Made by a program: the position numbers and the translations under genes. Shown piece after piece: positions 48,041 to 57,024 of a DNA stretch of 64,000 nt (position 1 is its first letter; each line of letters begins with the position of its first letter). The notes under the pieces were generated by a model that saw only the letters and a program-made list of their open reading frames with translations, ran no database searches and was not told where the DNA came from. The DNA is from Kiritimatiellia bacterium (GTDB taxonomy: Bacteria; Verrucomicrobiota; Kiritimatiellia; RFP12; JBMNHG01), in assembly GCA_050950285.1 (NCBI GenBank), contig JBMNHG010000002.1, positions 886,654 through 950,653 on the forward strand. Reading direction: 5' to 3'.

Positions 48041-49611
48041 CACTAGCATCCCATAGGCTAAGCCGGAAACATTCCGGTTCCCATGATTGGCACCTATTAT
48101 GCGGGGGGGGGGTGAAAACAGTCAACCCCGTAATTCCGCAAAAAAATATGTCGGCTTCGGAGCCGTTCGCCTGTAGCCTACAGGCGCATGAAAAAGTTGA
48201 TTCCCCAATTGCTCGGGGGCACGCCCCCGAAGCCGACGAAGACAGAATACACCGTGCTGCGGCAGCTCGTCCAATGGATTCCCTCCGGGATGATCCAGCG
48301 GCTGGCGGACGAGCACAAGCTCGACATCCGCAAGTGGTCCGCGGTGAGCCATGTGGTCGCGCTGATGTACGGGCAGCTCGCGGGCTGCGACAGCCTCAAC
48401 GGGATCGTGGACGCGGCCCGCGTCCACGAGGGCGAGTGGCGCAACATCCGGGGCGCGGAGCCGCCGAAGCGCAACACGTTCTCCAACGCGAACCGGCACA
48501 GGGACGCGGACATGGCCGAGCGGCTCTACTGGGAGGTCTTCGACCACCTGGCCGGGGCCTGCCCCGGCTTCGGGGAGTACCGGAGGCACAAGGGCTTCCT
48601 GGCCCGCCTGAAACGCGGGATCTTCGCCATCGACTCCAGCACCATCAAGCTGAGCCTGAACTGCATCGACTGGGCGCGGCACCGCAGGAGGAAGGCGGCC
48701 GCCAAGCTGCACCTGCGGCTCGACGTCGGCAGCCGCCTGCCCGCCTTCGCCGTCGTGGAGGACGCGGCGCACCACGACTCCGTGCGAGCGGAGGCTCTCT
48801 GCGCCGGCCTGAAGGCGGGGGACGTGTGCGTCGCCGACCGCGCCTATACGGACTTCGGCTTTCTCGAAGGCCTGCGGTCGCGCGGGGTCTTCTTCGTCGT
48901 CAGGCAGAAGAAGAACATGCGCTTCAAGAGCGTGAAGACGCTTCCGAAAGGCGGTGACGCGTGCGTCGTCTCTGACGAACTCGTCGAGCCCGCCCTCGCC
49001 CGATCGAAGGGTCTCTATCCCTTCCCGCTGCGCCGCGTGACCGCGCGCGTCGTGGTGGACGGGAAGCTGAGGGAGATGGTCTTCCTGACGGACAATCTCG
49101 ACTGGAGCGCGCGGACCGTCGCGGAACTCTACAAGGCCCGGTGGTCCATCGAGCTGTTCTTCAAGGAACTCAAGCAGACCTGCCTGATCCACGACTTCGT
49201 TGGGTACAACGAGAACGCGGTCAGGTGGCAGGTCTGGACGGGGCTGCTCGTCCACCTGCTGCTGCGCTTCATGCGCCACGTCGCGGGCTGGGAACTGAGC
49301 TTCTCGCGGCTCGCGGGCGTCGTGCGCGCGGCGGTCTGGGTCAAGCGCGACCTAACCGCGATCCTCAAAACCTATGGGACAGCACCCCGGCCCAAGCGGG
49401 GTGAGCCAGCCGCGAAACCCCCGCCTTTACAGGCGTTTTTCGACTTCTGGCGGTTCGACTATGGGACAGCAAGCCCGTAAATCCCAAGGAAATCGCGAAA
49501 CGGCCGGCCCCGCCGGGAAAACCTCCAACCCGAAACCCCAAAAGAGACCTCAAAAACCCAAGCAATTCCGCATGGGTAAGGGTAAATTGTGCCGCCTATG
49601 GGATGCTAGTG
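48041..49611 (+). mobile_element. IS4-family insertion sequence (1571 bp) with 18-bp perfect terminal inverted repeats
   Basis: CACTAGCATCCCATAGGC at 48041 and GCCTATGGGATGCTAGTG ending at 49611, enclosing a transposase. Confidence 0.92.
48188..49480 (+). CDS. IS4-family DDE transposase
   Basis: IDSSTI, AKLH, DRAY and LYKARWSIELFFKELKQ (YREK) motifs. Confidence 0.95.
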   Translation: MKKLIPQLLGGTPPKPTKTEYTVLRQLVQWIPSGMIQRLADEHKLDIRKWSAVSHVVALMYGQLAGCDSLNGIVDAARVHEGEWRNIRGAEPPKRNTFSNANRHRDADMAERLYWEVFDHLAGACPGFGEYRRHKGFLARLKRGIFAIDSSTIKLSLNCIDWARHRRRKAAAKLHLRLDVGSRLPAFAVVEDAAHHDSVRAEALCAGLKAGDVCVADRAYTDFGFLEGLRSRGVFFVVRQKKNMRFKSVKTLPKGGDACVVSDELVEPALARSKGLYPFPLRRVTARVVVDGKLREMVFLTDNLDWSARTVAELYKARWSIELFFKELKQTCLIHDFVGYNENAVRWQVWTGLLVHLLLRFMRHVAGWELSFSRLAGVVRAAVWVKRDLTAILKTYGTAPRPKRGEPAAKPPPLQAFFDFWRFDYGTASP

Positions 49612-49760
49612 TGTTCGTTTCATTTCGCCATACTCCTCTCGTCAATACCCCATCACGCAAGCTCCATTCTCAGTGCCTGACCCCGTCCGTCCCCCGATTG
49701 CGGAGACTCTCAAAGAGTCTCCTTCGATTCTCGAATCGTGGCGCACGGTGACTCTTCATG

Positions 49761-49970
49761 TCATTTTGGTTTTTTGTGGCGATCTTCTCGACGATCTAGC
49801 CATGCGCCTAGGAGTTTCAGGCCGAGCCAGTACAGATGCAAAGACGCAACTCCCAACACGGCGGCAAGCACCCAAGCGGCAACTCCGTCCATTCCCGTCC
49901 GTTCCGTCAACAGATATGCTGACAGAACAGTAACGCCGATGAGAACAGACAATGGCAGCAACCCGAACAT
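49761..49970 (-). CDS. Small 2-TM protein, candidate immunity for RHS cassette 3
   Basis: 69 aa with two hydrophobic helices; starts 2 nt after the toxin stop. Confidence 0.6.
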   Translation of the reverse strand: MFGLLPLSVLIGVTVLSAYLLTERTGMDGVAAWVLAAVLGVASLHLYWLGLKLLGAWLDRREDRHKKPK

Positions 49971-49972
49971 GG

Positions 49973-51322
49973 TTACTTGTTCCTCCCTGGTCCTGCATCA
50001 GCGCGATACTGGCCCGCTGCTGAAACGCCAGTGAAAGTCGCGGCAGCGCCACCCATACCCAATGGCGTCGGTCCCGTCGAGAAGGTCTGTCCGATACCCA
50101 ACCACCAACCGGACGCCTCCGGCCTCAACGCTTGTCGCAATCCTTGGTCAGCCACAATTGCGGCTCCTCGGTCAACAGGGTTGGCGTACAAGGCCGAGTA
50201 AAAAGCGTTCGCATCGTCAGAAAGCGTCTTCTGACCAATTTCGTGGTAAAGAACTTGTTTCCAGAGAGGTGCGTTCGCGGCTTGGGATGAGAGGGCAGAC
50301 TGAGCACGAATCGCGGTAGTTCCGACGCCAGCACCAATAGAGCCGACGACGCTGATGCCCGCATCGACAAGGTTTGCGGTGTTCTGCGACATACCCGTCG
50401 TCTCTTGCAGGGCCACAGACGTTAGTGAATCCACCTGCTCGTCTGTGAACGCCTGCCGAACACCGGCCTGGAACTGATCAATGCCATGAGCACCGACTGC
50501 GATACCGCCAGCAGTTCCTGCCGCTCCCGCGACCAGACCCACACCAGTCCAGCTAGAAGCTGCCCCAAAAGCGGCGCTTGCGGTGGCTAAGCTGTATCCT
50601 GCTGCCGCTTCTAAACCCCCGCCAACGGCTCGCATCACTCCAAACGTCTGATTCCAACTCCACAGACCGAGGGGATCATAGTAGAGGAACGGCGCGTTCA
50701 TGGCGTAGGCGTAGAGGTTCGGGCCGCCTGCCATCCCGAGGGGGTCACGTGCGGTCCAGCGCTGTAGCCTTGCGTGATAGTAGCGGTGCCGCGCGAAATA
50801 CAGGTTCCCGGCGGCGGGCCGCAGGCCCACGCCGCCGCACCACTGGTACGGCGTATCCGTCGCCCCCGTCCTCGCCATGACCTCGCCGTAGGGCGAGTAG
50901 AACCATTGATCGGTCGGCACGTTGTTTGTGTCGCTAAGCGCCAGCGTCGAGCCCTGGCCGTCGTGATGGAAGTAGCGGATTGTTCCGTCGGCCTCAACCT
51001 GCGCGACCACGCCACGCCCCCACACGAACCGGCGGATGAGCGCGCCGTTTCCGTCCAGTTCGGCCAACGGTCTGCGCAACGGATCGGCGTAGTCCAGCAC
51101 GAAGACGGTGGTGTTCGTGCTGCCGGATTCAACGGTGACGGCGGCGACGCGGGATCCGTCGCCCGCGTAGTAGTACGCCGCAAAGCCGGACGCCGACACG
51201 ACGGAGACCAGCCGGTTTTCGTAGTCGTATCCGTATGTGTTCTCCCCATCGGTCGTCAGATTGCCTTCATCGTCATGGGCGGGCGTCTTCTCGGTCCAGT
51301 CCTGAACGCCGGGATTCGCCTT
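49973..51322 (-). pseudogene. Orphan RHS core plus toxin C-terminus (cassette 3), no convincing start
   Basis: RHS homology begins at KANPGVQDWTEKTP; YYDPLGL cleavage motif; Gly/Ala-rich C-terminus. Confidence 0.75.
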
Positions 51323-51380
51323 GTGGGGTCCGCCGAGGGAACCATAGGCGGCACCGGAATATCCACTGTTATATTGAAGA

Positions 51381-51638
51381 TCAATTATCACTCGGTCCTT
51401 CTTTCCTGCGGGGGGATGTAAATACATAAAGAATTGCAAATACACCCAGCAACGCTACCCCACCAAGTAGCCCACCAAGGCCCCGAAGATTCAAATGGAT
51501 GTCCGATTGAGCGGCCCCAGATACGCGAAGAAAAACCCATAGGTCAACGGCAAGCCGCACAAGACCTACTGCCGCAAGAAGAATTGAACCGATGGCCAGC
51601 AATACAAAGAGTGATTTTAGGTTTATCATAGGTGTCAC
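51381..51638 (-). CDS. Small 2-TM protein, candidate immunity for RHS cassette 2
   Basis: GTGA overlap with the toxin stop; two hydrophobic helices. Confidence 0.65.
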   Translation of the reverse strand: MTPMINLKSLFVLLAIGSILLAAVGLVRLAVDLWVFLRVSGAAQSDIHLNLRGLGGLLGGVALLGVFAILYVFTSPRRKEGPSDN

Positions 51639-53371
51639 TTAATCCCTTTAGAAGTAGTCCCACCCGCCCAATTTGCTGCGCCGTTGGCCGCGCCAATTCC
51701 CGATCCGATGATGCCAGCCCCAAGAGCGGCATTTGGCGTGAGGCCAGTATACAAAAGCTGAATCGACTTCCCGACGCCCTCTAATGTTGTAGTGGTGAGC
51801 GGCGTTCCAGCTTGGTCAACCCACTGAGCAACGTATGGCGCTTTGAACAAAGGTGAAGTACCCGCCCCACCCAAGGCTTGGAAATCAGCGTTGTTTAGAG
51901 CCGCCGAACCGGTTTCCCATCGGCTGAGCAGCTGCGATCTACTCAAGCCCTGTGCGAGAGGATCAGTTGCCGCAATCGTTGTGGCACGTATGGGCGCGGT
52001 CGCGAGTCCTGCGCCAAGAGACCCTACAACGCTAATGCCAGCATCTGTGAGATTCGCGGCGCGTTGGGACATGCCAGCGGCTTGAAGATCAAGAGATGTA
52101 AACGAATCAACTGGTTCACCTGTCCACATCTGTCGAATACCAGCTTGGAAGGTGTCTACTCCATGCGCTCCAACGGCCGCGCCTCCGACAGCAAGAGCCC
52201 CGAACCCGACAGCACCCAGAACGGTTGGGCTTGTTCCAACTGCCGCAGTACCTGATGCCACTGCAAGACTGTATCCTGCCGCCGCTTCAAGTCCGCCGCC
52301 AAGTGCACGCAATGCTCCCATGGCGCTCACCCATGCACTAAGACCGAGAGGGTCATAGTAGAGGAACGGCGCATTCATCGCATAGGTGTAGAGATTCGGA
52401 CCGCCGCTTATCCCGAGGGGATCCCGCGCAATCCAGCGCTGAAGCCCGGCGTGATAATAGCGGTGTCGCGCAAAATACAAATTCCCGGCAGCGGGCCGCA
52501 AGCCCACGCCGCCGCACCACTGGTACGGCGTATCCGTCGCCCCCGTCCTCGCCATGACCTCGCCGTAGGGCGAGTAGAACCATTGATCGGTCGGCACGTT
52601 GTTTGTGTCGCTAAGCGCCAGCGTCGAGCCCTGGCCGTCGTGATGGAAGTAGCGGGCCGTCCCGTCAGCCTCGATCTGCGCGACCACGCCGCGCCCCCAC
52701 ACGAAACGGCGAACGAGCGTGCCGTTTCCGTCCAGTTCGGCCAGCGGTCGGCGCAACGGATCGGCGTAGTCCAGCACGAAGACCGTGGTGTTCGTGCTGC
52801 CGGATTCGACGGTCACGGCGGCAACGCGGGAGCCGTCGCCCGCGTAGTAGTACGCCGCAGAGCCGGACGCCGCCACGACTGAGACCAGCCGGTTTTCGTA
52901 GTCGTATCCGTATGTGTTCTCCCCATCGGTCGTCAGGTTGCCTTCATCGTCATGGGCGGGCGTCTTTTCGGTCCAGTCCTGCACGCCGGGATTGGTCTTG
53001 GTCTGGATGCCAGTCAACTCGTCGGCCGCATTCTGGCTGAGCCGCTTGATCGCCGGGGTGACCGTTGGCAGCAGCCCGGCATTGATCTCCATCGCCGTGG
53101 TGTTGCCGTGCGCATCGAGGGTATAGACGCGGTCCACGAAGTTGGACGCGCCGTTGTGGTACTGAATGCGGGTCAGGCGCGATGCGTTGGGAGATAGAAC
53201 CACGAATGGACGCCTGTCTGCCGTGGTGCTGGCACAGGCAGACGGATGAACACAAATATCAGACAGGGAGACAGTCGGCTCAAGAACATCTCGCGGAATA
53301 TGCGCGAAGGCGCTGACGGGACAGGCCATCAACGCCAATGCGACTATCGCGAAATGCCGGAATCGTGTCAT
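51635..53371 (-). CDS. Short RHS toxin (cassette 2): signal peptide, C-terminal RHS core and Gly/Ala-rich toxin domain
   Basis: MTRFRHFAIVALALMACPVSAFA fused to ASRLTRIQY; YYDPLGL motif; ATGA overlap with the upstream YD gene. Confidence 0.8.
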   Translation of the reverse strand: MTRFRHFAIVALALMACPVSAFAHIPRDVLEPTVSLSDICVHPSACASTTADRRPFVVLSPNASRLTRIQYHNGASNFVDRVYTLDAHGNTTAMEINAGLLPTVTPAIKRLSQNAADELTGIQTKTNPGVQDWTEKTPAHDDEGNLTTDGENTYGYDYENRLVSVVAASGSAAYYYAGDGSRVAAVTVESGSTNTTVFVLDYADPLRRPLAELDGNGTLVRRFVWGRGVVAQIEADGTARYFHHDGQGSTLALSDTNNVPTDQWFYSPYGEVMARTGATDTPYQWCGGVGLRPAAGNLYFARHRYYHAGLQRWIARDPLGISGGPNLYTYAMNAPFLYYDPLGLSAWVSAMGALRALGGGLEAAAGYSLAVASGTAAVGTSPTVLGAVGFGALAVGGAAVGAHGVDTFQAGIRQMWTGEPVDSFTSLDLQAAGMSQRAANLTDAGISVVGSLGAGLATAPIRATTIAATDPLAQGLSRSQLLSRWETGSAALNNADFQALGGAGTSPLFKAPYVAQWVDQAGTPLTTTTLEGVGKSIQLLYTGLTPNAALGAGIIGSGIGAANGAANWAGGTTSKGIK

Positions 53372-53541
53372 GCTTGCACGTTCCTCAACCATTCGGGTTC
53401 CAACCGGTCCGGCCAGACGGCCGATAACCAGTACAGGAACGACTTGAGATACTGGCCGTCGGTGATGGAAGCTTCCACGTCCAGGTTGTTCGCCGCGTCG
53501 TACTGGTACGCAACATGGGCATCCGTCTGCGCCGCCGAGTA
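53166..53541. repeat. ~376-bp direct repeat, apparently identical to 55946-56321
   Basis: Read-through comparison at offset 2780 bp. Confidence 0.9.
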
Positions 53542-53652
53542 GTCGGCGGATGTGAGCCGATGCTGCTTGTCGTAGCTGTAGGTGATCGTCGTTCCGGCAT
53601 GGACGCTCGTCACCAGCAGTACCAGCCCAAGGATCAATGTCGCTATCTTCAT
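53368..53652 (-). CDS. Mini secreted YD-repeat protein (94 aa), copy 2
   Basis: Signal peptide, YSYDKQHRLT and YQYDAANNL; GGAGG RBS. Confidence 0.8.
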   Translation of the reverse strand: MKIATLILGLVLLVTSVHAGTTITYSYDKQHRLTSADYSAAQTDAHVAYQYDAANNLDVEASITDGQYLKSFLYWLSAVWPDRLEPEWLRNVQA

Positions 53653-53657
53653 TTTGC

Positions 53658-54218
53658 TTACCTCCGATTTGGGAGACCTTCCGCCAGTCTCCTTCGATTC
53701 TTGAACAGCAGTGTTGCCAGCCCCAAGCCAAACAGAGCAACCGTGCCCGGCTCGGGGACCGTGGCCCACATTCCGATATCCACGCTGGATATGCCAACCG
53801 AACCAGACTCCCCTCTCAAATGAAAATCGCTTTGCCCATCAACCAGTGCCTCACATGGATGGCCCCATGATTGCGGTCTGGAATAGAACGACACTTCATA
53901 TGGCGAGTGATTGCCGGGTTGGCCATCCGGCGCACGGCTCTGAATCAACCCCATGTAGCCGTACTCGACAGGGAAATACGCACCCACCGTATCGCCAACA
54001 TCAAATAGATCTTCTTCAAACACAAGGTGAACGACTACTTGCTCGACGCTCACGAACGACTCTCCAAAGTCGACGAAGAAGTCCAACTGCCCCTCTTCGT
54101 CCAGTTGCCAGGTCTGCCCAGCTTCCGGCGTGAATTCATGCCAATAGAAGGAAGGTCCCGCAAATGCCTGCAAACACACGAAACAGAAGCAAAGGAGCAA
54201 GATGCACATTGGTTTCAT
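53658..54218 (-). CDS. PEP-CTERM sorting domain protein
   Basis: Signal peptide and C-terminal VPEPGTVALFGLGLATLLFKNRRR. Confidence 0.88.
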   Translation of the reverse strand: MKPMCILLLCFCFVCLQAFAGPSFYWHEFTPEAGQTWQLDEEGQLDFFVDFGESFVSVEQVVVHLVFEEDLFDVGDTVGAYFPVEYGYMGLIQSRAPDGQPGNHSPYEVSFYSRPQSWGHPCEALVDGQSDFHLRGESGSVGISSVDIGMWATVPEPGTVALFGLGLATLLFKNRRRLAEGLPNRR

Positions 54219-54499
54219 GGTCGCTCTCGCTTCTTGCGGGCCAATGTTATCAAGGCGAAGACAATCATTGGGACACCGCCTATATCAATGAGCAACAGCA
54301 AGAGCGATAACCAGCGGAACCCAACTGGCAACAACATGGCAACACCTACCGCAGCCATAGCTCCACCCAGCAGAGGAACACAGGAATGGGGCCGCTCTCG
54401 GTGACGAAGGACATAGTAACGAAATGGGAGAAACCAGTTCATGCATATGATGATTCCTCCAACAACAACGAGAACATGTGCTGTAACTTGCATTGTCAT
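54215..54499 (-). CDS. Small membrane protein, candidate immunity for RHS cassette 1
   Basis: About 3 TM helices; ATGA overlap with the toxin stop. Confidence 0.65.
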   Translation of the reverse strand: MTMQVTAHVLVVVGGIIICMNWFLPFRYYVLRHRERPHSCVPLLGGAMAAVGVAMLLPVGFRWLSLLLLLIDIGGVPMIVFALITLARKKRERP

Positions 54500-56151
54500 G
54501 GTATATACTGGCGTTGCCCGAGCGTAACAGCCTTCACCTTCCCGAGAACACCCTCCGTCTGAGGCAACTTCACTGAAGACTTTGGAACGAGAAATGTTTG
54601 ACCGCTTGATGGAGGTGCGAAATCATTCCAAGGAAATGGATCCCATTTGCCGGAACGCAAGTAGTTGCTGAAGGAACTCTTGCCTTTCATTACCCACTGC
54701 CCGGATCGGAGTCCCTCGCCACCCCACCGTGACACCGTAGCCATGTCATCCACATACGGAGCGATTTCCTCCGGCACCACAGCGTCAATCGTGTTTATGA
54801 TCTTTGCCGTCTGCCCGACCTTGCCCCCTCCGCTGGTGGCTGCTCCTGCACCCAGGGTTCCGGCAGTGACGAGAACTTCGCCGACTATTGATCCTTGGCC
54901 TCGCAGTGAACCGGCACGTTCGACATAGTCCGAACTTATTGCATCCCATGTCTGCCCGGGATTTGTTGCGGCGTAGCCTATGCCGCGAGCTGTCTGAACC
55001 GGATGGCGGGCAATCTGATAAAGTCCCTGGGCCATCCCCGCGACCGTATCGCCGTAGCCCATGAAGACCTGCCCTACATCGCCCCAATAACTCCCTGTCT
55101 CCCAGTAGTTCTCAGGGCAGAGCCCCCACGGATCATAATAGAGCCAAGGGGCATTGAACGCATACGCATAGAGGTTTGCACCTCCGGCGATGCCCGCCGG
55201 GTCTCGCGCAGTCCACCGGCGGAGCCCGGCGTGGTAGTAGCGGTGGCGAGCGAAATACAGGTTGCCGACTGCGGGCCGCAGACCCATGCCGCCACACCAT
55301 TGGTACGGTGTTTCAGTGGTTCCAGCGCGCGACATGATCTCGCCGTATGGCGAGTAGAACCACTGGTCTGTGGGCACGTTGTTCGTATCGCTGAGCGCCA
55401 ACGTCGACCCCTGGCCGTCATGATGGAAGTAATGCACCGTCCCATTGGCTTCGATCTGCGCGACCACGCCGCGCCCCCACACAAAACGGCGGATGAGAGC
55501 GCCGTTGGCGTCCAGCTCGGCAAGCGGGCGGCGTAGCGGGTCGGCGTGATCCAGAACGAACACCGTTGTGTTCGTGCTCCCCGATTCCACGGTCACGGCG
55601 GCAACGCGCGAGCCGTCACCGACATAGTAGTATGTCGTCGAGTCGGCCCCCGAGACGACCGTCGCAAGCCGGTTCTCATAATCGTAGCCGAACGTCGAAT
55701 CGCCATCGCTGGTCAGATTGCCTTCGGCATCGTGAACCGGTGTCTTGTCGGTCCAGCCCTGTACGCCGGGATTTGCTTTCGTCTGAATCGTGGTAAGCTC
55801 GTCGGCCCCATTCTGCTTCAAGCGCATAACTTGCGGTGTGACCTGCGGCAAAAGCCCGGCATTGACCTCCATCGCCATGGTGTTGCCGTGCGCATCGAGG
55901 GTGTAGACGCGATCAACGAAGTTGGATATGCCGTTGTGGTACTGGATGCGGGTCAGGCGCGATGCGTTGGGAGATAGAACCACGAATGGACGCCTGTCTG
56001 CCGTGGTGCTGGCACAGGCAGACGGATGAACACAAATATCAGACAGGGAGACAGTCGGCTCAAGAACATCTCGCGGAATATGCGCGAAGGCGCTGACGGG
56101 ACAGGCCATCAACGCCAATGCGACTATCGCGAAATGCCGGAATCGTGTCAT
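54496..56151 (-). CDS. Short RHS toxin (cassette 1): signal peptide, RHS core and a distinct toxin domain
   Basis: Same N-terminus as cassette 2; YYDPWGL motif; tip VSRWGGEGLRSGQWVM...GQRQYIP. Confidence 0.8.
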   Translation of the reverse strand: MTRFRHFAIVALALMACPVSAFAHIPRDVLEPTVSLSDICVHPSACASTTADRRPFVVLSPNASRLTRIQYHNGISNFVDRVYTLDAHGNTMAMEVNAGLLPQVTPQVMRLKQNGADELTTIQTKANPGVQGWTDKTPVHDAEGNLTSDGDSTFGYDYENRLATVVSGADSTTYYYVGDGSRVAAVTVESGSTNTTVFVLDHADPLRRPLAELDANGALIRRFVWGRGVVAQIEANGTVHYFHHDGQGSTLALSDTNNVPTDQWFYSPYGEIMSRAGTTETPYQWCGGMGLRPAVGNLYFARHRYYHAGLRRWTARDPAGIAGGANLYAYAFNAPWLYYDPWGLCPENYWETGSYWGDVGQVFMGYGDTVAGMAQGLYQIARHPVQTARGIGYAATNPGQTWDAISSDYVERAGSLRGQGSIVGEVLVTAGTLGAGAATSGGGKVGQTAKIINTIDAVVPEEIAPYVDDMATVSRWGGEGLRSGQWVMKGKSSFSNYLRSGKWDPFPWNDFAPPSSGQTFLVPKSSVKLPQTEGVLGKVKAVTLGQRQYIP

Positions 56152-56321
56152 GCTTGCACGTTCCTCAACCATTCGGGTTCCAACCGGTCCGGCCAGACGG
56201 CCGATAACCAGTACAGGAACGACTTGAGATACTGGCCGTCGGTGATGGAAGCTTCCACGTCCAGGTTGTTCGCCGCGTCGTACTGGTACGCAACATGGGC
56301 ATCCGTCTGCGCCGCCGAGTA
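55946..56321. repeat. ~376-bp direct repeat (partner of 53166-53541)
   Basis: Read-through comparison at offset 2780 bp. Confidence 0.9.
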
Positions 56322-56432
56322 ATCAGCCGACGTGAGCCGGTGCTGTTTGTCGTAGGTGTAGGTGATGGTTGTTCCGGCGTGCGCTGTCGCCACCATAAGT
56401 AGAATGCCAAGGATCAAGGTCATGTTCTTCAT
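56148..56432 (-). CDS. Mini secreted YD-repeat protein (94 aa), copy 1
   Basis: Signal peptide, YTYDKQHRLT and YQYDAANNL; GGAGG RBS. Confidence 0.8.
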   Translation of the reverse strand: MKNMTLILGILLMVATAHAGTTITYTYDKQHRLTSADYSAAQTDAHVAYQYDAANNLDVEASITDGQYLKSFLYWLSAVWPDRLEPEWLRNVQA

Positions 56433-56463
56433 TGTCGTTACCTCCGGTTATTGTGGGCATCGT

Positions 56464-57024
56464 TCATTTGCCTTCTCGGGCATGTCCTTCTTCGAGCGGA
56501 GAAACGTCGAGTGCAAAGTTCGTATTAGGTAGTAGCGTCGCACGATAACGCTCACCTACCCTCACGGGGCGTTCCGCCGAGACAAAGTACTGAATGGCCT
56601 CGCGCCTTCCCCTAATCCTTATCCCCTGACTGAGGAACCATGTCCCCATATAAGTTGAACGGGCAACGACTTCCCCGTCTACTACATCCAGTCTCCTCCC
56701 GCTGATGAAAGCAATGGTTCCGCGCGTTACGGGAAAAAGAAGATGCCATGTCAGGCCAAATGCGCATAATAGGAAAAAAGCCCTGGATATCCGTTCCACG
56801 AGTGCTCGTTCGCGCATCCGTTGTGGGGACGCCAATTTACCGCCCCTGATCACAGCATAACTTGGACTTATCCCAAGCACGGCAAGACACACGACCGCAG
56901 CCGCCAGAAGAACCAGGGACGCGACCAAGCGTAGAATCCAAGCATGTGGCCCGAGCATTATGAGGCCGGGGTAAACGCTCACTAAGAGAATCCATCCTAC
57001 TCGCCTTGCGGTTTTGGCGGTCAT
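56464..57024 (-). CDS. Membrane protein, candidate immunity for the full-length RHS toxin
   Basis: About 3 TM helices plus a soluble beta domain; ATGA overlap with the RHS stop. Confidence 0.7.
   Translation of the reverse strand: MTAKTARRVGWILLVSVYPGLIMLGPHAWILRLVASLVLLAAAVVCLAVLGISPSYAVIRGGKLASPQRMRERALVERISRAFFLLCAFGLTWHLLFPVTRGTIAFISGRRLDVVDGEVVARSTYMGTWFLSQGIRIRGRREAIQYFVSAERPVRVGERYRATLLPNTNFALDVSPLEEGHAREGK

Noticed and set aside
53372..53797. Extended start of the 720-aa RHS ORF
   Set aside because: It overlaps the mini-YD and PEP-CTERM genes in another frame; the duplicate cassette supports the ATG at 53371.
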